Assembly (NCBI GenBank): GCA_017640445.1
Contig: JAEPQQ010000001.1
Location: forward strand, 56,769-120,768
Source of the DNA: Bacteroidia bacterium
Lineage (GTDB): Bacteria > Bacteroidota > Bacteroidia > NS11-12g > UBA9320
Direction of reading: 5' to 3'
DNA: 64,000 nt
The notes below the pieces were generated by a model. The model was not told the DNA's origin and did not search any database. It was given only the letters and a program-made list of their open reading frames with translations. Both the position numbers and the translations under genes were made by a program. This document shows, in pieces, positions 40,293 through 50,700 of the stretch. Numbering within the stretch: the first letter of the stretch is position 1; every line of letters starts with the position of its first letter.

Positions 40293-40733
40293 ATGGATCA
40301 AACAACCAGATGGAAGGGATTTTACGCCTATCATGATGTACAGGATAATGGTATCGAGCACATCACACGAATACCTTTTACCATGAACATTGAGTTTGAC
40401 AATGGGAAAATTACGGGTACAACATGGGATGTGGAGAGCGATGGACTTTTCGATGATCCCATAACGATAAAAGGTTTCATGGTTGATGACCGCACCAGCT
40501 TTATGGTTACCTATCCGTGTTTGTGGTACTGGGATGAAGAGCAGAATGGTTTTGTTAAGGACGAAGAGAATAAAGACTATGAGGTCCATTATTCAGGGGA
40601 ATATAACAACCATAGTAAGTGCTACCAGGGTGATTGGACAATTACGCTGGAAGAGGAACGAGAAGGCAAGTGGCAAACGGATTACAACGAGAAATTTTTA
40701 GAAGGAACCTGGGAAATGGAACGAGTCGAATGA
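40293..40733 (+). CDS. Hypothetical protein
   Basis: A 146-aa ORF. Confidence 0.45.
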   Translation: MDQTTRWKGFYAYHDVQDNGIEHITRIPFTMNIEFDNGKITGTTWDVESDGLFDDPITIKGFMVDDRTSFMVTYPCLWYWDEEQNGFVKDEENKDYEVHYSGEYNNHSKCYQGDWTITLEEEREGKWQTDYNEKFLEGTWEMERVE

Positions 40734-41389
40734 AACCGCTGGCCTGTTTACTGTTGAGCTTTTTGGTTCTGATTAGTGGTGAACCCTACGAAGACGTTCG
40801 GGGTGTATCGATTCGAACTCAATGGGTTGACAGTTTGCCGGGAGTTTTTGGATTTAGCCAGTTATGGAGTTATCCCGAAGGGGTTTATCGACGAAACGAC
40901 GGCCAATTGAGTTGTGACGGCCTTTGTCCGGAAGGCATAGACCAGATGAAGGACTCCTCAGGAAAGGTGATTAGTGACTCTCTGGAGAAGTTCTACGCCT
41001 TGGTAGACACCTCGCACCAGTATCATAGTTTTTTGTCGGAAGCTCGAATGTATGAGTGGGCCGGTTCCAACTTCATCAGTGCAGTACAATTGAAAGATGG
41101 AAGCGTTCAGTTAACGTCTCATGGGAATGCTGCCACGCATTGTCATTTGATTATTCGATTGGGAGAGGATTCGACAAGGGCCTCTGTGTATTATGTCAGT
41201 ATCCGACCTGTTCCGGCAGAAACCTTTCCTTTGAAGACGGGCATGATTCTATTAGATCAAAATGCGTTCAGGCAAGGTTGGATCAAAGCGACATTTCAAT
41301 TCGAATTTGAGAACACATTAGAGCCTGACCACGAACTTTGGTGGAAAGGCAAGGTGTATACTCGTTTACAACCTGATGGAGAGGGGTGA
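40730..41389 (+). CDS. Hypothetical secreted protein
   Basis: Met at 40730 in an ATGA overlap with the upstream stop. Signal MKPLACLLLSFLVLISG. Confidence 0.5.
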   Translation: MKPLACLLLSFLVLISGEPYEDVRGVSIRTQWVDSLPGVFGFSQLWSYPEGVYRRNDGQLSCDGLCPEGIDQMKDSSGKVISDSLEKFYALVDTSHQYHSFLSEARMYEWAGSNFISAVQLKDGSVQLTSHGNAATHCHLIIRLGEDSTRASVYYVSIRPVPAETFPLKTGMILLDQNAFRQGWIKATFQFEFENTLEPDHELWWKGKVYTRLQPDGEG

Positions 41390-41428
41390 GAAAACCTGCC
41401 ATTTGTGAAAGGCATGGTATATCCATCA

Positions 41429-43897
41429 TCAAAGTCGATATTTTAACAACAAACGGCCGCTGTAAACGTGTTTGCGTTCAACACCATAAAGGCCTTCAAT
41501 CATGCCTAACCCAAAACTTGTTTGAATGGACAACTTCTGCAGAGGGTGGAACGAAGCTGTTGTAACCCAGTTATACCTTAAATCATGAGAATCATAATAG
41601 TCGAAGAAGATGGAGGATGAAACGTTGACTTTCTTTTCTGATTGCTGGCCAACCTCAATTCGAACACCCCTATAGTTCAGCGTGTCAATTTGTGGTTTAG
41701 ACTGATTTCTGTAAGCGTTTACGGAAGCCCGTAACCCAGGGCTCTTCAGTGCCAGTAACAGGTTGTAGAATTCGTTCTCGACAGGTGCTTCTCCTTGATT
41801 GAAGTCAATTTGGCTTCTCGTGTAGTTGGAGACAACGGATACCCTTGTCTTTTTGACCTTTTTGACATAGATGATACCGGCTGTGGTAACACTCAACTGG
41901 TTGTTTACACGGAATACGGAGTCTGGATGGTTGTTACCTTGCTCATAGGGTGCGTGCTGAACAAACAGGTTAGGCCACTTTTTCAGATTCGTTCTAGCAG
42001 AGATGCCATACCCTTTCATTGTGTTGGTTGTTTGTTGAATGCTTGTGATGTTGTCGGCAAAATGCTTGTAGAAAACAGAAGTCTGTAGTCTGCGTTTTAA
42101 GAATTTTCGATCCAATTGAATCCGATGTTCATCGTAACCATTGCGCATGAATGGGTTGGATAGGTTTATAAAACCAGGGTAGATACGGTGATTGGTTATA
42201 GACATCTTGGATTGAGCATCAATTTGAACCTTGAATTCCAACTTTAAGGCCATTCGATTAAGACGTTGTACGATAACCCCCGGGTGTTTAGTTTCGGATG
42301 AGGGTTCTGGGAGCTTTCGGTTGTCGACATACGCCGAATGCGCCGTGGTAGCCCTGATGTTAAGGTGTTTGCCAAGTTTTCGTCTCACCTCAAGCGTTTG
42401 AACAAAGTTTCGTTTAGGCTCAGTGAGAGTCACAGGATCCCAGATGGATGTGTTAGAAATCGTTAGACTTCCGCGTGACGACATACGTTCATAATACACG
42501 CCCTGAACATTTCTGGTAAATTCTGGATTGGGTTGACCTAATCCAAAGGTGTTAATCCGGTTGTTGAATGTCCTGCCACCAACAAGTTTGAAGTGGTTTT
42601 TACCTTTGGTGAATCCGGCATTCAGACCTTTGACCGGTGTTCCGTTTAACGACAGCTTTGAAAAGAAAGGGTAGTTAATTCCAACCTCAAAGTAATCGAC
42701 ATTGCTCAGGATACCGGCTAACTTCTTACTACCTAGTTTCTGAGCCGCTCTCTGTTTGATAAAATCCGGATTTGCAAACTGTGATTGTAGGTATTCAATA
42801 CGACTTCCGTAGGCAGAGTCCAGATCATTGACCAATCTGTAAACCGAGTCAACCAGTTCATATTTTCTTTTGAGATCTTCATATTGTTCCTTTCGTTTTA
42901 GGTAGGTTTCATATTTGGTTGAGTCGAGTTTCGCTGCCCGTTCCGTGGTGATATGGTTGTAGGGGTTCAGGAGGGAGTCGGACGTTCTTTTTATCGCGTT
43001 TTCTATCAGGTTAATTTGTCGATCCTTACCCTTCTTAATCTGGTCCGCTTTTCCATTTGGATTCAACTCATCCTGAGCATTAGGTACATCCAGGTGCCGG
43101 TTTAGATTCTTTTTGGCTTGAATATCGATTTGATCCAGTTGGCTCTTTTTATGATCCAATTGCAGTTTTATTTGGTTTTTATAGCTTCCAAGTTCAGATT
43201 GCTTTTCTCGTGCTATGTTCTTTTTCTGATAGACTTTCTGGAGCTCATCTCTGGCTTTTTGTTGTAGATTACTCTTAAAGGTCTCGGTATCGAATCGAAC
43301 ACGAAAGGAGTTCGAATTATAAATGGTGTTGTCTTCCGTCGTTACAAAGAAGTCAACAGCAAATGGCAGATTCGCGACTTGAATAGTCGGATTGCCATAA
43401 AATCGGCTATAGGCCTTTTCACTTATGGTAAAGGGATCCTGGTAGTTGGTGACGAACGACTCGGAGACAATTTCTCCAGAGAGGGAGATCCTGGACGAAA
43501 CGATTTGTTTTGTTCTGTCCAGCGATAACCTGAAAAGTCCGTTAAGCGAGTCTCCATGGTTTTTTAGGGAAGATTTTTTAGGCAAGATTTCGTTCAGAGA
43601 AGCACGAAGAAGGGAGTCGCGAAAATCGTTAATCTGGTTTTTTGCAGAGTTTAAACCTGCGTTTGTTCGGTGCCGCAGGGAGTCCTTGTGTCTGTTTACG
43701 GCATACGCTATACTGTCACTCTTTTTAGAAAGAAGTTCATGGGACTTACCGTATTGGTCAATCAGTTGTTCTTTCTGAAGTTCGATATTTTTCAGGGTTT
43801 GTTCCTGGAGACTGTCTTTGTTTACAACCTTGGTATTGATTTGGGCAAACCCAGTAGAAAACAAAAACAGGCAAACCAGGACAATCGCCAGACGCAT
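41429..43897 (-). CDS. Predicted outer-membrane beta-barrel protein with a long N-terminal coiled-coil region. It is the last gene of the toxin operon.
   Basis: The signal MRLAIVLVCLFLFSTGFAQ begins at Met 38 of the listed ORF. About 400 aa of K/E/Q/L-rich heptad-like sequence follows. The C-terminal ~420 aa show an amphipathic beta-strand alternation ending ...RLLLKYRL. The gene lies 116 bp downstream of the RHS gene stop on the same strand. Confidence 0.6.
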   Translation of the reverse strand: MRLAIVLVCLFLFSTGFAQINTKVVNKDSLQEQTLKNIELQKEQLIDQYGKSHELLSKKSDSIAYAVNRHKDSLRHRTNAGLNSAKNQINDFRDSLLRASLNEILPKKSSLKNHGDSLNGLFRLSLDRTKQIVSSRISLSGEIVSESFVTNYQDPFTISEKAYSRFYGNPTIQVANLPFAVDFFVTTEDNTIYNSNSFRVRFDTETFKSNLQQKARDELQKVYQKKNIAREKQSELGSYKNQIKLQLDHKKSQLDQIDIQAKKNLNRHLDVPNAQDELNPNGKADQIKKGKDRQINLIENAIKRTSDSLLNPYNHITTERAAKLDSTKYETYLKRKEQYEDLKRKYELVDSVYRLVNDLDSAYGSRIEYLQSQFANPDFIKQRAAQKLGSKKLAGILSNVDYFEVGINYPFFSKLSLNGTPVKGLNAGFTKGKNHFKLVGGRTFNNRINTFGLGQPNPEFTRNVQGVYYERMSSRGSLTISNTSIWDPVTLTEPKRNFVQTLEVRRKLGKHLNIRATTAHSAYVDNRKLPEPSSETKHPGVIVQRLNRMALKLEFKVQIDAQSKMSITNHRIYPGFINLSNPFMRNGYDEHRIQLDRKFLKRRLQTSVFYKHFADNITSIQQTTNTMKGYGISARTNLKKWPNLFVQHAPYEQGNNHPDSVFRVNNQLSVTTAGIIYVKKVKKTRVSVVSNYTRSQIDFNQGEAPVENEFYNLLLALKSPGLRASVNAYRNQSKPQIDTLNYRGVRIEVGQQSEKKVNVSSSIFFDYYDSHDLRYNWVTTASFHPLQKLSIQTSFGLGMIEGLYGVERKHVYSGRLLLKYRL

Positions 43898-44013
43898 AAT
43901 GGGTACGGTGGTCTTATAAAGCCATTCGGAAAACCTTTTGGAATATCCTATTAGATAGGGGAGATGTTTCGGAGTAAAAGCCGAAACATCTCCCAATAAA
44001 TCAGTCATATGGC

Positions 44014-44772
44014 TTATTTCTTAGGGACTGGTATTGAGTTTATAACATTGGTGTGATATTGACTTGTGGTTTCGATTTTTTGCAACATTCTTGCTTTACC
44101 AGTTCCATCAGACTGAAGGTCGAAACCATAGGTAAGTGACAGGATAGGCACATAAGAATCTCCTACTTGTCTCACTAGAGATAACTCAGCGACCCAATAA
44201 ACAGGACCATCTTGGTGCTTTGGCCTTCCAGGCTGGTCACTAAATGATCGATAGCCAATCTCCAGGTTGTCACCGTATACTGGCACCTTGTTCTTACGGT
44301 CATAACCCGAATAGAAATGTGGAGGGTCATTTGGTACCGGTGGATCTGTGTACTCAAGCTCCCTTAGAACCGGAGTGCCTCGATTATAGTTCAACAACTT
44401 GTACTCGTTATGTGGATAGTTGGTTTTGATGGTTTGGACCCAATTAACATAACCTACGTCGTCTGCAAGCTTGGTGTCTAGAACTATCCCGGTGAAATAT
44501 CCATTAATCGGACTTTTGTGACCATAAAAATCCAGACCCCTAGAAAAGGGCTCAAAGTGTATCACATTTACTTGACCAAGCTCACCCAGCGAATAAGTGG
44601 GTTTGGGATCGTTTAGATTCAGATACTCTCCAATTGGAAGGTTCTTTGCTTCATACTCCTTGTTCCAAGCCATTAAATCCTCAGTTGGTATACCAGTCCA
44701 GATCGATATTTTCGAGAACCAGTCGTTTTCTTCTATTTTCCATTTCCATACTCCATCCAGTAAAACCGAGTC
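44014..44772 (-). other. C-terminal variable (toxin-like) domain of the RHS protein, downstream of the DPSGA core terminus. It includes a LysM-like segment.
   Basis: The sequence after IIDPSGA is DSVLLDGVWKWKIEENDWFSKISIWTGIPTEDLMAWNK...NLPIGEYLNL (LysM-like spacing) followed by ~190 aa with no recognised family. Confidence 0.6.
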
Positions 44773-47700
44773 TGCACCCGAAGGGTCGATAATCCAGATA
44801 GGATTATTAGCGTAACATGAGTAACCGCTCTGGTCATGTTTGACAACTGGGTCGACATTCCACCTTCGGCCTAACCTACTATCGTATTGCCAGAATTGAG
44901 CGGTTAAACTGTTCCCCGAACCATGAATCTCATCATCAGCCTCTTGTCCCTGGAAACCATATTTATAAGTAGACGTAGCATAGCTCCCAGCTTCAAATCC
45001 CCGTTCGTCCATCAGGGAGCCAAACGCATAGTAGTCCTGTGCCTTAATCACATAAGGTATGAAGTAATCAATTGTTCCGTTAGAGGTATAATCAACGCCT
45101 TGCTTTCGGTCTTGAATGGTGACCAGTACATTGCCTAAGTGGTTTGACAATTCATAGGTCTTTAAACCCCGTTCCGTGTAATGAACAACGGTGTCAACTA
45201 CAAATAGTACATTGATTGGATAGGCCGAATAATCTCGAGATGTAAGACGAGAGTCGTCAAGTGTTGCCGTGAATTCTCGTTCTACTAACACCGTGTCAAT
45301 GTGCTGAACACCAATACGCGAGGACCCATAAATGGTGAACTCGTTGATCTTGAGCTGGTCGGTATAGTGACTACCGTTGGATGGATATGCACGCGTATAC
45401 GTAGCCAATACCTTGCCCTCACCATCGCGTATGTAATACTCAATTTGCCAGTGACTTTCATCGAGCAACGTATTGTTGTTGGAAGCATCCTTGGGCTTTA
45501 CAACCTTGTACATTCGGTTGTTGAATACATCATACCCAAACTCGAGATCTGGTTGCGCGTCGTTCGCACCTCGTTTGATTTCCTTGATCTTGCCAGAAGC
45601 CGTCCAAACAATTTCACTAATTGCAGAACTTTCATCGCGTGTTAGATTCCCTAAAACGTCATAACCATAGGTGTTATCTGTGTTGATTTGGGATGGAGTG
45701 CTTGTAAACGATGTACCTGGATCATCTACGTCATTGGTATACCTTGATGTAAGCAGGGGTTGATCATTAACGTGATACAACTTGTTGCTGTGCATGCCTT
45801 CCCAATTCAGGGTTACACTTCCTCCCGGCGAGCTGACTGTAGCCGATTTGCCACGCTTGTCATAATGGTAGATCAGGCTATCCATCTCCACAGAAGGTGT
45901 TAGATGCCCGTTTCTGCGTAACCGCGTAATGTTCCCATTTCCGTCGTATTGGAAATCTTCATAATATAAAGCCTCGCCCGTAGCACTCGTGTTTAACCAG
46001 GCATCCTGGGCCGAATTGATATTTTGAAACACGCGGTGTTTGAATATTCTATTCAGTTGATCGTAACGATATACGTTCCCCATAACATCGGCCTTCAGGC
46101 TTCCGTTTATGTAGTCATTTTCCATGGGAATCGAAGTGGTCATCATAGCAATGTTGCCATTGTATAAAGCATCATAAGCTGAGGCAACATCACTACCCGT
46201 TTTGTCTGGTCCGTAAGCACCACCGTTAATTGGCGTATAATCTTCGTTGAAATAAGAAAGGTCATACGCAAAGGCATCTCTTGCCACCCAACGATTTGGA
46301 TTGGTTGGAATTTGCATGCCGTCCTGGCCAATATCCTCGGTAGAATTGAGTACGGCGCCATTTACGCCTTTGACCCACCCTTGGAGCGTATATGCATAAT
46401 CCATTCCCTGTACATTGAGTTCCCCCAATTCCTGTCGTGCCAGCGGTCCATGGAAATAGTATTCATACCGCGATTCGCTCTCCCACGAATAATCATCTCG
46501 CGACGTTTGCACCTCAACCAGTTGATTGTTTCGATCATATACTAAACGATGTACAAACTGATCCGCTTGATTCTTTTGGTAAATGGTTTTAAGAACATTC
46601 CCACTTAAGAGGTCGAAGGTGTAATCGATGCTGAACAGGTTTCTCTCTAATGGTGCAAGTGTTGGTAAGTCTTGAACATAACGACTCAGGTTCCCCATCG
46701 CATCGTACGAGTAAAACACACCATGGTCGTACGTTGCATCATTGTTGTCGTTAACCTGTTCATAAGTCGAATAGGAAATCCAGTTGCGTAGGTTTTGTTG
46801 ACCACCAAGGTCTGCGAATGCATCATAAATCGGTTGGGAAGCATTGGCTTCGTCAAAATAACTTCGTAGAACTTCTGATTTGTAACTTGGGTTACCAGAA
46901 ACATCAAGCATATTGGTTACGGATGAGTTGGTGGCTGCGAACTCTGAAGTCATTCCTCCGGAGGGTGGGTTCTGAGGGTCAACGATTCCCGATTCAACCG
47001 TTCTTCCTAATTCGTCGTACACTGTGTAAGCGAATTTATTGTCTACAGCCTGGTCTTCGTTTTGACTTAGGATGGGGCGGCCAAGTTCATCGTACCACAT
47101 ATTGCTTTCGCCACCATCCGGTGTTTCTTGAGATACAATTTTCCCAAGACTGTTGTATCTATATTGAGTAGCCAGGTCGTGATAAGTAAGAGGTCGTGTA
47201 GCAAGGTTACCGGAACGGTAAGCTGCCGTTTTCGCAATGCGATCATTTGCCAAGAGCAATCGATCTATGTTACTCAGGCTGGCGTTGTCTACATCAACTC
47301 CCGCAGGAGGCACAGTTTTTACCAACGAACCGCTTCGGTCGTAGTAGTATAACATATGGTGAAGTGTTCGGTCGTTGTAACGAACACGCATTGTTTCCTT
47401 GAGAGAGTCGCTGTTCATGCATACGTTGACATACATACTGTCGAATAACTCGATACGCCTTTTGAGATAGTCGTCATACCGTGTAAGGGCGTTGGTCATG
47501 GCAACTTCGATGTCCTCTTCAAAACAAGGCTCAGGATCTACGATTGGCCGAAAAAAGGGTTTGTTGCATAGACGAGCACAGTTGAGACATGGAACTTCAA
47601 CACCAATATCAATAGTCTGGAAACGTCCCGTTAAACCAATTGTGTCATAGCAGTAGTCTTCAGAGCCGATGGTTACATTAGGACAATTAGCTTTGCTGCC

Positions 47701-50700
47701 CCAATATTTTTTAGGCATGCGATAGACTGCAATGAGTTTAAACATGTCAGGTGGTCGACACCCATGTACCTCCAGTGGTTTTACGTCAAGAAACTCAACG
47801 ATTTCGCCAAAGTTCCACTTTTTAGCGGCTGAGGGAAAGGTAAGATTGAAGGCCATTTCGTATCCATTTTGATCTTCAATGGTCACTACCAGTTCTGGAA
47901 CTTTGACCTCCTTCAGAACGTATTCCAGGTGATTTGAGAATCCATTGTCGTACAAGGTTGGGTTGTTGTAGAAAGAGTTGATGTCAAACGCACCTATTCC
48001 GGTGAAATTCCAATCTGTCGCATACAGATAATTCGGTTGGTCTTTTCGGGTTATTTGATCCAAGAAGGCCCTGAAAGCATCAAGGTACTCCATATCTACC
48101 GTATAGCATTTTGGGCAGGGCTTGGGCTTTGGGTCGAGTGTAACACCCGACGAACATGGACCGGTAAACTGAATAAAAGACTCTAGCGATTTCTTGCTCT
48201 GCGTAGTTCCGTTGTAACATTTGTTGAATCTCGCGTTGAAGAAATCTTCCAAGAGTGCAAACCAGTCTAGCATGTCTTGCACCGCCTGGGTAATAGTTCC
48301 GTTATAGGGGTGATATTGATAGTAGAGTTCACCAAGGTCGCCGGCTAATTGGCGAAGATTAGGCTGCGCGTATCCCGGATCGTCTGGTCGAGGGTTATTA
48401 ACCAGAAAGTCCTTGAAGGCCTGACCAATTGTTTCGCATGGTAGTTTTTCAACACAGGGGTCTTTTTTATGACAGCCACGAAGCTTGTTTAGATAGAAAG
48501 ATAAGCTATAACCAGCATTTGGATTGCATTTCGAGAATTCCAAATTCAACAGGCGTTCTATTTCTTCAAGTAGTGCAAGCCTTGCATCATTGATGGTTCC
48601 AGATCCGGTTTTGGACGCATCCATTATATCATATATGTCACCCATTTGATCAAGTGGGGCCAGATACAAGACCCCTGGTAAATGAGAGCTTATGTTGCCG
48701 AGGTTCTGACCATTTACGATCAGGTCGATGTTATAGGCTTCTCGAACGGCCTTCATGAAGTGAAAAGTGAGTCGGTCACAGGGAATGTTATCAACGCAAG
48801 GTTCTTTTGGATTGCACAGCAAGCTTTTATTCAAAAGCCAGTCCATGTCCTCAGCGTATTCTTCTAAATTGCTGCCGCTTATGTTGTTCCAGTTGGACGT
48901 GCTTGTCCACCCGTTTACGGTATTGCCGCTATTGTCCTTACGTTCACCGGTTCCCCACATCTTTTCACAGGCTTCTAAAAGGGATTGTATGTTGTCAATA
49001 GCAAAGCCTTTCTCGCGAAGCGCAAATGCTTCAAGGGTAATGGGAGGGGTCTGGGGTGGAGTTCCGGCAAGGTAGGAATCATAATCTTCCCTAATTTTCT
49101 TTAATTCTTTACAACCGCAGGTGTCCAGGAAACCGGTTTCCGTTTCAAACTCAATCTCGGGGTCACAGGTGGATTCATCTAAGCGCGTCAGGTCGGCAGG
49201 TGGGTTAACGTCCAATTGTTGCTGAATGTGTAGATTAGATTCGGGTGGGAACTTCATTCCTGGCAGATAGTCGTCAGGTTCGCATGGTGTCGGGTCGTTG
49301 ACAGGGATTCCTTTCCATAACTTACAACAGATTTGCCGCATGTTGTTGAAATTCCAGCTTGAGGGCCAACTCGTATTAAATAGAGAATCGTACAAATCTT
49401 CAGCTGGCAGGCCTCCTGAATGGCCAGAATCAAGGAGGTGCCCGATCTTCATAATGCGTTCGCATTGGCACTTAATCGATTCGACGTCCTGGGATTGGCT
49501 GACCTCGGATGTTTGCTCGCCTGGAATCACAAACCTTTCGTTGGTGGTTGCCCACTCAGTAGTAACTTTCTTACGAGCAAAACCGGCCTTTATGAACGGA
49601 CTTAAACTAGGCACTTTAAGAACAGGAGTTTCAGCAGCATAACGTATTTTCTCTGGCTTGCCCCCGTTGAGGTAGATGTCATCATTTTTCAGGTCAAAGG
49701 GATATGATTCGTCAAAATACGAAACCAATAATTTTCGGGATAGAGTATTCCAGAGTTGTCCGACCGTCGAATCATAACCTGGGTCAATGCAATTTCGGGC
49801 AAAGACTTCATACTCATAATATGTGAGGTTGAATCCAAACGACCGATTCACCCAGGTGGTGAGCATGTCTTGATACAACGGGTCTCCCGCAGCGAGTTTA
49901 ATTGCGGCAGAATCGTAACGCTCGTAGAATTGGTAAACGGGATCGTTTAAGTCCTTACAAACAATACAGTTTTGACACTTCTCTGCTGGGAATACGTGTC
50001 TTTGACTGGCCTTTGCCATTGCGAGGTCATGAGGGTAAGAACATCCACAAGAGTCTAGTATTGAATGAACTACCAGGTCAGGGCAGGCGTGTGGAGAACT
50101 CCATTTTATGGTATCACAAATACAATCATTTGCATCAGGGTCGTCGGTTGCTAAGTAGTCGTGTCCATAAACACCTGGAAATTGAATGAGCAGGTCATCA
50201 CAAATTCCTTCTTCAAACCAGTCATTCCCCAGATGCTTTTTAAATACATCATGTAGGTTGCCGAATGGGTAGGTAGTGGTATTTGTCGAGTTTTTTAGGG
50301 AGCGGGTAATAGAGCCATATGGGTTGTCAATATCACAGCCACTCATGCATAGATTCTGTAAATCCGCCTTGAAAGCATTGAAGTCGCCTTCGGTGAGGTT
50401 CGAAATCTTTGAGCAATCGCTCAACCATTCTATCCACATGTTCACGTTGTCTTCACAATTGCGTTCACAAGAACTCGTGATTTGATCGTTAATGAGATTT
50501 TCATAATCCTCGGCATTACATAAATTCATTATGCTTCCCCAACCTTGTTCAATATCATCAAGTGAAGAAATATCTTGAGCACCAGGCCATCGCGGTACGC
50601 CTAAAAGGCTCTGAGGAATTTCGAGGTCGCAGATGGAGGTTTGGTCACATGAATTGGTATAGTAGTCTTTCAGCCATGCACGTTTTTGGGATAGGTACAT

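Noticed and set aside
41390-41428. Weak hairpin (TGCC-N10-GGCA) between the convergent genes at 41.39-41.43 kb, as a possible bidirectional terminator
   Set aside because: The stem is only 4-5 bp and imperfect, with no T-tract. This is not convincing.
43898-44008. 37-codon N-terminal extension of the barrel-protein ORF that reaches to 6 bp from the RHS gene stop. It could be mistaken for a tiny immunity ORF or for the true start.
   Set aside because: The sequence MRLAIVLVCLFLFSTGFAQ at Met 38 is a canonical signal peptide. The extension has no such features and is too short for an immunity protein.
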